A DNA stretch of 63,685 bases, counting the filler, from Phoronis australis (Eukaryota > Animalia > Phoronida): the NCBI GenBank assembly GCA_002633005.1. It is 11 parts of 11 records of this genome, joined end to end, with 100 filler letters (N's around TTAATTAATTAA, not from the genome) between each part and the next. Parts side by side here need not be neighbours in the genome. Positions count along the whole stretch, not along the records: positions 6,606 to 13,748 come from NMRA01000987.1; positions 13,849 to 16,164 come from NMRA01001221.1; positions 16,265 to 17,858 come from NMRA01003918.1; positions 17,959 to 42,869 come from NMRA01000970.1; 7 more parts are not named here. One strand, 5' to 3'. The notes below the pieces were generated by a model that was not told the origin of the DNA, searched no databases, and saw nothing but the letters and a program-made list of their open reading frames with translations. The position numbers and the translations under genes are program-made. Positions 12,196-23,731 of this stretch are shown here, piece by piece. How positions within the stretch are numbered: position 1 is the stretch's first letter; each line of letters starts with the position of its first letter.

Positions 12196-12620
12196 TACAC
12201 GCTTCCCTAGCAGGCAGTCTACCATCGTACGTATTGAAAGCTATGGTGAGACCTGTTAGTGTCGACCAGAGCCCACCCGGCAGGAAACACGAAAATTTTT
12301 GTTTACTAATAAATACAGCATGATTTTGTGGCGATTGCTGAAGACATGCGAGAGCACAAAGCTAATGTATTCCTTTACCACGGGGGTGAGCTAATAAATC
12401 TTCAAAAAGAATGCATTCTACATCGTGGATTTTGAAACAATCCTTTGTTTGTCTGTTGACAAGGACATACAGAAGGTTCTAATACAAGACTTTGTCACGC
12501 CGTGCTCTTTGTTACTACATGAAGTACAGTTTTCACAGTACAATTGTAAAGTATCAATTGGACGTACTGGCTCGATAAAATCATACATTACTAGATATAA
12601 TAACATCACATTAAAATGTC

Positions 12621-13638
12621 TTAAGCTCGAGTGTCTCCAAGTTCACTCTGATTTGGAGCAGCATCAGCACTGGACTCGCTGGACCGGCTCTTGTATCGAC
12701 GTACGAAGAAGATCGGCAAAACGACACCTGCAGCCCCAACGCACGCTACAACACCACTCGCAATCCCCACTATCAGATATACGTCTAAACGCAAGCCACT
12801 GTGACTTGTTTCAACATCAAGTTTCTTTCCAGCTTCAATGACTTTAGCATTTGTTAACTGTGACATAAATTCGAGGCTGTGCAGGTATAGTTACCTTTGT
12901 CAAGTTCGTCCACGGGAATAATCGAAACTCCCACCGTTTTGGCTTCAGTAACACTCGGTTGAGAGGAACAATTCATATCATTTCCTTTAGGGTCTTTGAT
13001 TACTATCCTTGCAGCTGGATCTCCGTAAGAAGTGCACTGTATTAGCTCCTCCGTGACGTTATGTATAACTTCCAGAATTGGTTGACTGGGCTTACATGTA
13101 CGACAGACAAAATTGCGGGACAAGTACGACTCAACGGTAGGGAAAGTTTTAAAGGGGGAATAGCATGTAGGGATGTCATATATACATGTACGTCTGTCAT
13201 TTTTATAATAATTATAGGTCACATCTGTAAAGGAGCGAATAAGCAGTTGCAGTGGAGTGGATTGCTCGACACAAAAACTGTTTGAAGGGGCTTTTCTCTG
13301 CTAACTAACCTTCGCAGTATATCCAGTGGTAAAACGTTCATACTGTTATTACGAACAGAGACGTGTCGCAAACTGTTTAATTTTTTCATGTCCTCTTCCT
13401 CAATATCCTTTATGCCCCAACTGTCCATTTCGAGCCATTTTAGCGACACAAGAGAATCAAGCATATGCCGACTTACTGTTCGAATTCTGTTTCCAGGAAG
13501 ACAAAGATTCAACAAAAAAGGCAAGTTGCCAAAGGCATCATCGTCTATGTGGTCAATTTGGCAATATGCCATGTACGAATATTCGGCAATCCTGGCAGGG
13601 TATTGTTTGTAACGGAGCCTAGGTAAAGCTATGGTCAC
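12621..13638 (-). pseudogene. Intronless LRR + LRRCT + Ig + transmembrane receptor (LIG/LRRIG type), disrupted and 5'-truncated
   Basis: LRRs (CQIDHIDDDAFGNLPFLLNLCLPGNRIRTV..; LRHVSVRNNSMNVLP), LRRCT (SSNPLHCNC), Ig (IQCTSYGDPAARI..DKGNYTCTASN) and TM (YLIVGIASGVVACVGAAGVVLPIFFVRRYK). Stop/frameshift at ~13220 and frameshift at ~12860. Confidence 0.85.
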
Positions 13639-13848
13639 AACCCGCCGTGCGTGTTTATTGTTCGTACGTTTTCTGCGGACGCCACGGGCTCCACGTTTTT
13701 CTGAAAACGTGAGTAGGGAGTGGCAAGCGCAGGGAGGACGTACGTCACNNNNNNNNNNNNNNNNNNNNNNNNNNNNNNNNNNNNNNNNNNNNTTAATTAA
13801 TTAANNNNNNNNNNNNNNNNNNNNNNNNNNNNNNNNNNNNNNNNNNNN

Positions 13849-14063
13849 ATCGTTAAAATAATCACAAACCTTACCTTTGTATGAGGTCGTGCTTACTTCC
13901 TCTCATAGAAGCACCCTTTTTACGCAATCTCAGATTCAGTTGGCACGGCTGCAAGCCATTTCACCATGTATTTAAAGGGCTCGCGAAATCGAGGCTGTTA
14001 ATCTATCACCACTAGTACACGCGCGCCCTCTAGTTATTGCAGATTTTCCGAATAGCCCCATTG
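13849..14063 (+). repeat. Dispersed repeat, near-identical to 19465-19679
   Basis: Direct ~215-bp match from atcgttaaaataat to ttccgaatagccccattg. Confidence 0.9.
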
Positions 14064-15033
14064 GCCTGTGATTGGGCAGTTAACAAAGGAGCTAGGTGTT
14101 ATCACACGCTCACAACTTCTCGTGTCTGGTAAAGTCACTGAACGGGAGATCGTCGTAGTGTTAATTTATCGTGCAGCATTTCCCTCAAGGCGTATGTGAT
14201 AAAATCCCATAGGCCGCTTCCATTGAATAACAGGAACAGTATTGGTCTCGAGATTAACCTACAGCTTATTCCCGTTGCCACAAAAAACGTTCTTGGCAAC
14301 TGCGAATCAAAGTATAACTTTGAAAACCATGAATGTTGGGTGTAGCCAGTACGGTTATTTGAATTTCGACATGATTACAAACTCCCATTATTAAACATTA
14401 ATGCCTTAAATTCTTGAATAAGAGCCATTTTCACCATATAAGAGAGAAATAAACATTGTAATCCTTTGTCGGCGAGTCATAACAAGCGTCGAAAGCAGTT
14501 GTGGGAAAAGTCGTGTGAAAAGTTTGTGCTGCCCTTTTTTCGGTATTTGTGCCTACGTTTTGTAGGGTTTCCAAAAGACGAGGTACATTTCTCATCATAA
14601 CTGACATAACTTAGTCATCTATAATTCCTCAATCGGCTCAATCCACAAACGGAATTCCAGATTTTGTTTGCCGATTTCTAAGTAGACGTCTCGTCCCGTT
14701 CACTGCCACTGGTGAACTCTGATTGCCTGCACAAGTATTGTTTTTTAACTAACGTGCCAAATGTCAACTCACTTGATACATCCCAGTAAAATACAAAGAT
14801 ACAGTATCAAAGTTTGACATCAGCGTAGGCCTAAACAGCAATGGGTTTTATGTCAAGACTAAATTAGCAACAGAGATGTGATGTGATAAGCTGTTACATA
14901 TTTCTTAAGACATTTCGGGACTGGGTGAGGAACTCAAGACGTAAAGCTTAATAATTTGCCAAGTGTATCAAAGAAATGGCATAAGAATATTTATTGAAAC
15001 TAAAAAATGAATTACACTTACAGAACACTCAGA

Positions 15034-15339
15034 ATTCCACGTTATAGACATACTGTTGTAGTTGTAGCGACAGCAGACGATAATGTAGGCCTAGTTCTTG
15101 GGGTGGTCTATTCCAATAGGCAGCGATGAATCAGCGCGGCTTTGCGTGATTTTGCATTTCACATCATAAAGAGTTCCATAGCAACTCGAGTATGAGTGTC
15201 AGATTTGAGTACGTTTGGAGTCTACTCGAAATCCGACATTAGATACGCTTTTCTGAGTACGACTCCAGTGAGCACGATTTTGAGTATGAAATCTCGAGTA
15301 TGAGTATGAGTCTGAGTACGGAGATTGGAGACCGGGCCC
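15034..15339 (+). repeat. Second copy of the GAGTA-repeat element end
   Basis: Matches 6606-6911. Confidence 0.85.
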
Positions 15340-15511
15340 CTGTAACTTTTCTTGGGGTAGTTATGGTTATGAAACCGGTAGCCCAGAGCACTTACATGTA
15401 GCGTAGATGAACGAGGTATCAACATCTGGCCACTGGAGCAAGTTGAGTCCACAGGAGTATACATGTATCTATACACAGAAATGAACGTCTGCTGCTGTCT
15501 GCACTCTGGGT

Positions 15512-16164
15512 GTGACCAGCAGAGGTGAGTCGATTACGGACTATGTAGTCGCGCTCAAACACCTCAGTCTTACCTGCAAGTTTGGTGATAAACTGGACAA
15601 GCAATTGAGGGACAGACTTATTAGCGGAATTGCTAATGAGCAGACTTTGATAAAGTTGCTTGAGAAGTCAAGGGAAAAGGAACTGACGTTTAACGAAACT
15701 GTCGAGTTCGCCTTAGCCAGAGAAAATACTTTCATGGAAAACAAAACCATGAAAGGTGAAATAGCTTCTACTGACGTAAAGGTGGTAAAGGCCAAAAGGA
15801 AAAATAGGGACCAGAAAAGCCGGCGAGTTGACAATCCAAAGGCAAGACCAAAGGGGAAAGCCATTACCGAGTGCTACAGATGTGCCAAGCCCTCACACCA
15901 TCCGGGTGAATGTTGGTTCAAGAATTCAACGTGTCACAAGTGTAAGAAAAAGGTGCACATTAAAGTTGCATGTGGGAGACAGCCTAGCACGAGACATATA
16001 CTCAAAGCTGGAAGCGACCCAAACGACAGCGAGGACAGCGATAAAGAATATAGCGTAAACAACACGGGAACAGATGACGCTATCTATGTAACACTAAATG
16101 TTGGTGGTCATTATCTAGAGATGGAAATGGACACTGGCAGCCATGACTCCATCATACCATATGA
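15512..16164 (+). mobile_element. gag: Ty3/gypsy (Mag-like) gag C-half with two CCHC knuckles and the start of the protease
   Basis: GESITDYVVALKHLSLTCKFG..LRDRLISGI; CYRCAKPSHHPGEC, CHKCKKKVHIKVAC; YVTLNVGG..MEMDTGS. Confidence 0.9.
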
Positions 16165-16624
16165 NNNNNNNNNNNNNNNNNNNNNNNNNNNNNNNNNNNN
16201 NNNNNNNNTTAATTAATTAANNNNNNNNNNNNNNNNNNNNNNNNNNNNNNNNNNNNNNNNNNNNACCGTGCCTACGCTGACCTACGTGTCAGTTCGTCGA
16301 GGGGGAAAGAGAGTAAGCGAAATAGAGACCAGAAATGTGATTAAAATTTTCGCCTGCATCCGGCGTTGAGCACTGCATGCAGAAAGTACGCAGTTTTACG
16401 CAACACTGCGTTACTGCACGCCATGCCTGCACTACTCTACGCCTGTCCTACCAAAGCGCCCGTCTATGCACTACCTACTCGCCGATCCTGTACGTAACAA
16501 TATTCTTTTTCACAAATAATGTAGCATTCGTGAGAACACATTTTCTATCTCTCGTGCCCTCGTTCCTTACAGGACAGGTCCGGTATTAGACCTACTGACA
16601 ACAATCCACCGTCTTAAACTTTTG

Positions 16625-16870
16625 TATAAGTTGGCGGCAAATGTTGTTTGGTGTATGTGCTTTTGAACGCGACACTGACTTCTGTCTATTTTAGCTTTCT
16701 CAGAGCCCACGCTCGCGTATATGTACACAGGTGCAGTAGCTGCCCAAGTTTTTCTAAGGTCGGAAGTTTAACGATGCCCACGTACAGCATAATGGAATTG
16801 GGGACAAACCCTGCTTTTGGGGAATCTATNAACAGACTGAAAAATATTTATTTTAATGCGAACGACGTTA
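16625..16870 (+). mobile_element. Possible gypsy leader (PBS-like TGGCG) and truncated gag N-terminus
   Basis: agttggcggc followed by MPTYSIMEL..ES.NRLKNIYFNANDV, resembling gag ERLE.YF.ANDV. Confidence 0.35.
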
Positions 16871-19778
16871 AATGTCAATTTTGTTTTGTCACAAAATACC
16901 ATTTTAATACGAAAAACAACAGTCTTTGTCACAAGTTACGGAAATTTCTGTTTTTGTTGCATTATTCATCAGCATTGTAATACAGGAAGCCAACACGTTT
17001 ATGATCTTTAAATTTTATCCTTTGTGTTGAAGCATTCTGTGATCGACAGGCACGCCTCGTTCCTGCGTTTAAAGAATACCTTTGCTGCTTAGCGTGTGTC
17101 TTATTAACCTGCTTGAATCCAACCGTCTGGGTCGACCGTAGCTCCTGTATATAGCTGACTCCCACTCGTGTGGTCCATACATATGCCAAATTCACTGGCT
17201 CTGATCATGATTAAAAAAACAGGCCTTCCTATGCTCTCACTCATGCGTGCTTTTAGCTGTCCATGCGTAATTTGAACTCTGTTATCCGAGTGATTTCAAA
17301 CTAAATGTTATATGGCGTCCACGCCCTTCAGGCTTGAGGTACTTGTGTAGAGATTTCCACGCAACGTAATCAGGGGCGGATTCATAGGAAGGTCACATTA
17401 CCGAACCGTTTTACCTACTTGTAATAAGAATAGTAACAATCAATTTAGTCAGTCCTAATAACACCAGTTAAAGCGACGTTCAACCGGTGCTTTTTGTCAA
17501 AAAAATCACTAGTTTCGATCCAAGTCACTAACCGTTACGGAAATGGTCTCAAACTGTTCCTTCGTCAAAATAGGTGGGATTTCTTTAGACGTGGCATATG
17601 GCAGTTAAGGTCTCCGCGTGACCAAAAACTGTATGAGCTTACTATGAAGAAATAATAATAATAATCCTTCCCTTTACCAGAGTTCACTTCTAAACTCAGC
17701 AGGGAACAAGACGATATAATTTATAACTGTAAGAGGCTTGTTTTGTTTGCAGAAAGCACGGGTTTAACGAGGCTTTAATACTCACTGTCAGACGGGGTTC
17801 GGCATGTCGTTTTTACAGCTTCCGCGGCATTATCCTTCCGAAATTGTGCTTGCCCCCCNNNNNNNNNNNNNNNNNNNNNNNNNNNNNNNNNNNNNNNNNN
17901 NNTTAATTAATTAANNNNNNNNNNNNNNNNNNNNNNNNNNNNNNNNNNNNNNNNNNNNGGCCACTGACTTGCACATTGTGCCATGCAGCATTGCTGGTGT
18001 GTGGAAGTGCTGTGGGAAGAGAACGGAGTAACAAAGCTTGTCTATGATACAGCTTGAAGTGGCCTTAAAATGTCACTGAACCTGGAACAAATATTGAAAT
18101 ATGAATAATTAAGTACTCCAGATTGGATCAAAAATGTTATCCCTGTTTTTCAAAAATATATGGTGATTGGTTTACAGTTTCACATAAAAGTAAATAATTA
18201 CTATTTTCAGAAACCAAGGGTGTATAAAATGAGTATTGCATAACACTGTCTTTATTTTTTATCCCTAGCCATAACAATTCTTTAAACGCATCACTTGTCT
18301 GTAAAATATACAATTTTTTTAGACAACTTCACACCTTTGTTACCCATTTTCAAGCCTTTTTAATTTTGATACTTTCAGCAATTTTAAACTCAGATTACAG
18401 GTTCATGGGTCTGTCAAGCATACTTCTAGCCTAAGGTTGAGGGGACTGCTTTTCTTCTAATAGAAGGTATGAAGACTTGTGTCATTTAAAAATGATGGAT
18501 AATCTTTCTGTTGTTTAAGAGTAATTACAAGTCGTAATGCACCATCAAAAATGCAATTTTCACAAAAATGGCAATCATTTGAATTGATAACGACTTGCAA
18601 CATTTCAAGGCATGAGTTATAGACTATTCAGTCACTGTGAATTCGGAAAATGTAATATATTTTCGTGGTTTTACAATTGATACAAGTAGCAAAACAGTTT
18701 CATGAAATCAACTTGAAGGGACTTTGTGAAGGTTAAGAATTACCTCACCATGCTCTTTTCCCCAAACACGTATTACCTGTTATTTCCACACATTCAGTTG
18801 TACCAAATATTACAACCCCCCATGCCAATCTCCCCTCGGGACCTGAATAAGTAATTTAACAAAATGACTTTAAAAATAGCTGTACCTTTTCAAAGGCTTT
18901 GTTCGTTGTCTCCAATATTGAAAGTAGGCTTTGACTACAGATCTGCACTGGATGATGGGAAGATCTTGTTGGTTAGCTGCAGTCAAATGCTAAAAATTTT
19001 TGTCCATTCAGGGACAATGCAGAAGCGATGCATATCTCCTCTGCAAGGTACAAGCCTTCAAACCTAAAAACCAAAGGTTACATGAAAACAGACGTGATAG
19101 ATTTCTATTTCAACGTGTAATAGATTTCCAGAAGACATATGATAGGGAGTAAACAAATAGTCTAATGCAATGGATATTTATCACTCACGTACCCATTGGG
19201 ATTGGATTGTAATCTTAACTCATTAACCTGTATCGAGTTGACAGCATAAACATTCAGCATTGATTGATGTAACTGTCACTGATAAACTTTGAGAAATCAT
19301 TCCAAACAATAATAATGCTTTTATGTACGAAAAGATCCCGATTGCTACGTCAAGTATCGTATCACATATCACAACATACAAAGATTAACCAGACTCTGGC
19401 TGGCGACTGACTGCCGCGAAGCCGACATCGGCGAGTGCCTCAGTTAACAGGCATCGGTAGAATAATCGTTAAAATAATTACAAACCTTACCTTTGTATGA
19501 GGTCGTGCTTACTTCCTCTCATAGAAACACCCTTTTTACGCAATCTCAGATTCAGTTGGCACGGCGGCAAGCCATTTCACCATGTATTTAAAGGGCTCGC
19601 GAAATCGAGGCTGTTAATCTATCACCAATAGTACACATACGCCCTCTAGTTATTGTAGATTTTCCGAATAGCCCCATTGTCACCACCACTTTCCATCGGC
19701 GAGTATTCTGTGGCAGGATAGGTTAGTAGAGAACTCAACTATGTTGGATTTAGGGATTTAATGTGTTGTAAGCTGAAA

Positions 19779-20017
19779 ATGGCTGGAATCGGTGACCTGT
19801 ATCACAGTGACAGTAGTGTGAGTGACGAAGACCTTGTTCACAGCAGTGGTGATGAGGAATTTTTTCACGGACATTCAGTGGGTGGGTACATAATTGAGCC
19901 CGAGTATAACGAGGCAGAGTACGCACAGGCACAGGTTGTTGAGAGAAACGAGGCAGCTGCAGAGGACAGACGTGGTGACACATCTTGGTGCAAATGCCTA
20001 CCTCAATGGAATGTGTC
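19779..20017 (+). pseudogene. KolX-like / P2X7 C-terminal cysteine-rich-domain-like ORF of a Kolobok element, truncated
   Basis: Acidic N-terminus, GYIIEPEY.EAE, DRRGDTSWCKC and, after a small deletion, MPTSMECV. This fits the PY.FEPEY...R.G...WC.CG.C..MPT..EC.CC signature. Confidence 0.75.
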
Positions 20018-20578
20018 AGACGATTGTCTGTGTGGGTTTGTTTAAAAGGTAGCAATGCTTTGAAGTTGTGCGTAGATGGAGAGTGAATAATCAAATCCAG
20101 TAATTAATTTATTATATGATAACCCCTAATTAGACAAATGAAACCTATTGTTAATTAAGTAATCAACTACAAAGAGAAACTACGCCAGCGCCCTCTTTAA
20201 AGATTACTTTAATCAAATAACCAAACGATCAAATGTCTTATCTGCTATCCAAACTAGGACTCTCCACTTGTTGGATGTCTGTCCTGTTGGTGAATCTTCG
20301 AACTACACACACACTGTATAGCGACAGTGTACTTGCTGGTCACCGTCTCTGGTGATGCAACACTTGCAGGCAATTTCTTCTACCCGCGATTCTTCTTGCT
20401 GGTCACAGTCTCTGGCTGATGACACAACACTTCAGGTAGTATCTTACTACCCACAATGCAAGTGACAAGCTCTTAGTTAACTTCCGGTTCGTTAACCCTT
20501 GCCCTTGCCAAGATCCCTTCTAGAATCTTCCACGAGATGGCTCTGTCGTACAACTGCTTCTGTACACTGTAGCAAGTC
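20014..20578 (-). mobile_element. Unrelated insertion (LTR-like, antisense) interrupting the KolX-like ORF
   Basis: Homology stops abruptly at TGTCAG. An antisense AATAAA (tttatt) lies near 20110 and there are internal short direct repeats. The far end is lost in the N gap. Confidence 0.35.
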
Positions 20579-21545
20579 NNNNNNNNNNNNNNNNNNNNNN
20601 NNNNNNNNNNNNNNNNNNNNNNNNNNNNNNNNNNNNNNNNNNNNNNNNNNNNNNNNNNNNNNNNNNNNNNNNNNNNNNNNNNNNNNNNNNNNNNNNNNNN
20701 NNNNNNNNNNNNNNNNNNNNNNNNNNNNNNNNNNNNNNNNNNNNNNNNNNNNNNNNNNNNNNNNNNNNNNNNNNNNNNNNNNNNNNNNNNNNNNNNNNNN
20801 NNNNNNNNNNNNNNNNNNNNNNNNNNNNNNNNNNNNNNNNNNNNNNNNNNNNNNNNNNNNNNNNNNNNNNNNNNNNNNNNNNNNNNNNNNNNNNNNNNNN
20901 NNNNNNNNNNNNNNNNNNNNNNNNNNNNNNNNNNNNNNNNNNNNNNNNNNNNNNNNNNNNNNNNNNNNNNNNNNNNNNNNNNNNNNNNNNNNNNNNNNNN
21001 NNNNNNNNNNNNNNNNNNNNNNNNNNNNNNNNNNNNNNNNNNNNNNNNNNNNNNNNNNNNNNNNNNNNNNNNNNNNNNNNNNNNNNNNNNNNNNNNNNNN
21101 NNNNNNNNNNNNNNNNNNNNNNNNNNNNNNNNNNNNNNNNNNNNNNNNNNNNNNNNNNNNNNNNNNNNNNNNNNNNNNNNNNNNNNNNNNNNNNNNNNNN
21201 NNNNNNNNNNNNNNNNNNNNNNNNNNNNNNNNNNNNNNNNNNNNNNNNNNNNNNNNNNNNNNNNNNNNNNNNNNNNNNNNNNNNNNNNNNNNNNNNNNNN
21301 NNNNNNNNNNNNNNNNNNNNNNNNNNNNNNNNNNNNNNNNNNNNNNNNNNNNNNNNNNNNNNNNNNNNNNNNNNNNNNNNNNNNNNNNNNNNNNNNNNNN
21401 NNNNNNNNNNNNNNNNNNNNNNNNNNNNNNNNNNNNNNNNNNNNNNNNNNNNNNNNNNNNNNNNNNNNNNNNNNNNNNNNNNNNNNNNNNNNNNNNNNNN
21501 NNNNNNNNNNNNNNNNNNNNNNNNNNNNNNNNNNNNNNNNNNNNN

Positions 21546-22519
21546 GACCTGAGCACCCAAACTGCTTACATCGTGTCGTGCGACTCCCTCGCCACACATC
21601 TGGCACCTGCTAAATAGCTCCAACACTTTAGACAAGTCCACAATAAACTTATCAAAGTTTGGCTCACCGATCTGTTCACTGGACGACGAACTGTCCTCTT
21701 TACTGGGTGTCGAACTGAGCCTGTAATCACTCCCACTACTCAATATCGCTGCAGGGCTCATGCTTAGAGGCTCTGGGCTGGAGAAAACAGCACAGGGCGA
21801 ATCACTACTAGTTCCAGGAATTGCACGCTCTGGGGTACGTTCGGAGGCACGGGTGACAGTAGATGAAGTGCCTCCACTGGCTCCAGTCACAGTACTGGCC
21901 ACAGCTCGCGAGGCTTCTCGCTTCAAAAACGCACTTCTCGGGGGTGGCGACGGGGCACTGCCAGGAATCAACACAGACGGAATGGCATCCTTCTTCAGAC
22001 GTTGTTTCGCAGGGACCTTCATCAGTTCAGCGTACAAATCCCTTTCGTAATCGGATGGCAGAAAGTGCTTTGCCACACACACAGTAATTCTCCACTGCTT
22101 TGTACGTTGCGTGGACGGGTAACGCTGCGTTCTTCACACGAACGAGCCAAGTATGGCGAAGTGTGTCATCCATCGGAAAGCGATGCAAAGGTACTCCCAA
22201 AGCGCACGTGAGCCGATAATTAGTACATTCTGGTACGCAGCAACAGTGTGGCATGTTGACTGACTAGTAAATGAAAGCAAACGACAACGGAACTTAACAC
22301 AACCGAGGTAGAACAATGACTGACTCGGCAGCTCTCACAGTCAGACTATATGAAAAGAAATTGGCACGAAATGCTTGCTTCCTAAAACGTCACTTCCGGA
22401 GTAACGGACGAGTAATTAATAAAATTACGAAAAGCTGTAATTAAATGGAAAATATGTCTAGGATAACCAACCAACCTTATTTTAGATCAAAATGACATGG
22501 AAAAAGGTTGCCTTCGCCT
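21546..22519 (-). mobile_element. Kolobok-type DNA transposon 5' part: terminus plus THAP-domain transposase (frameshifted; remainder in gap)
   Basis: TTAA (22520-23) plus AGGCGAAGGCAACC end. ATG at 22254: MPHCCCVPEC..LHRFPMD..TW..VCGKHF..DY..RLKKDAIPSV (THAP), then KFIVDLSKVLELFSRCQMCG..GAQV. Frameshift near 22070. Confidence 0.85.
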
Positions 22520-22523
22520 TTAA

Positions 22524-23536
22524 GTCTACCGCTAAGGAGTGAACAAGGCAGTTTTTGTCTGCTCTAAAGCGAGTCAGGGTTTGAGTGTCTCATAGACGGA
22601 CTCTGGCATGATCAAAATATCGGTTCCGGTATCGATCTTGAACTCGACTAACTTGTTGCGGATTGTCAGATTCACTGTCCAATTGTCAGACGTGTCCTCA
22701 TTGTCATCGACAACTGTACAACTACCAAGGAAGTATGCGTTTGACTCACTTTCTTCACCGTTTCCAATGAATACCTCTTTAATTGCCTTTGACCTGCACT
22801 GCGATTTAAAATGTCTTCTTCGATGACATCTGTTGCACAGGTCATCAGTCGCAGGGCACGTTTCATCGGGTTTGTGTTTACAGTAACCGCATTGACCACA
22901 ATTCTGTTACGTGCCGCTGTCGCGTTTAGGCCTACTTTTGCCTCTACCACGAGGAACGTGATCCTGACCTCATCTATGACCTCTGATGACACCTATGGCC
23001 TTATCTGGGCCACTTGCGAGTGACAACTGGGAATTGACCTGCTCGGCCTGTCTAGCGGACAAGATAGCTTGTTCGAGTGTAAGCCCTGATTTCAGTTGTA
23101 ACTCTTTTGACACATCTTGATCCCGTATATTTATGACAAGCCGGTCGCGTATCATCTCATCCCTGTCTTGGAAATCGCAGTGGTAGACCTGTTCATACAA
23201 CGCTCGTAAAAATGACTCAACATTTTCATCGGCATGTTGGACTCTCTGGTTGAATATGGCTAGTTCGTGTATAATGTTTCTTTTTAAGATGAAGTGGGCA
23301 TCAAATTTTTCTATGAAAATGTCAAATTTCTTAGCATCAAGATCACTCAGGCCAAACGTTTCGAAGACGTTTTCAGCATCGGTGCCCATGCTGTAAATAA
23401 GTGTGGCTACTTGGACTTCCCCGTCGTCTTTGTTCAGTTTGGATGCGAGTCGATATCGCATGAAATATTTACACCACTCAAGCCACAGCGAGGGTTTGTC
23501 AAAGGGGAAAGCGTCTGGGGGACTAATTTTTGCCAT
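22524..23536 (-). mobile_element. gag: Ty3/gypsy (Mag-like) gag and protease, cut by the Kolobok insertion at TTAA
   Basis: PPDAFPFDKPSLWLEW..F.RYRLAS..QVATLIYSMG..FNQRVQ..E.VESF..IRDRL; in a shifted frame CGQCGYCKH.., CNRCHRRRHFKSQC, WTVNL..VEFKIDTG. Confidence 0.9.
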
Positions 23537-23731
23537 TCACCCACCGTTTATCAGTTTGACACACACAATTTGCAGATTTTCACCGCAAATTTTACAACTA
23601 CGGAACACAATCAAGCCATAAGGTGGGATGACATGAGCATAAGATGACAAAAGCTTTGATTTGTCATTGTTATAATAAAGGTTTAAAGAAGCGAAATACA
23701 GCCAGCTTAGAACGTTGATGAGAACATACTA

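Noticed and set aside
11920-12225. Hydrophobic GGVVA / HNTT ORFs
   Set aside because: They are translations of a 21-bp GT-rich repeat.
18740-19070. Possible spliced exons of a transposon gene on the minus strand (..DLPIIQCRSVVKAYFQY..FEK|gt)
   Set aside because: It has in-frame stops and similarity too weak to name a family by eye.
20473-21617. Long 350-520 aa ORFs in the track
   Set aside because: They are mostly translated N gap. Only 21546-22254 is informative.
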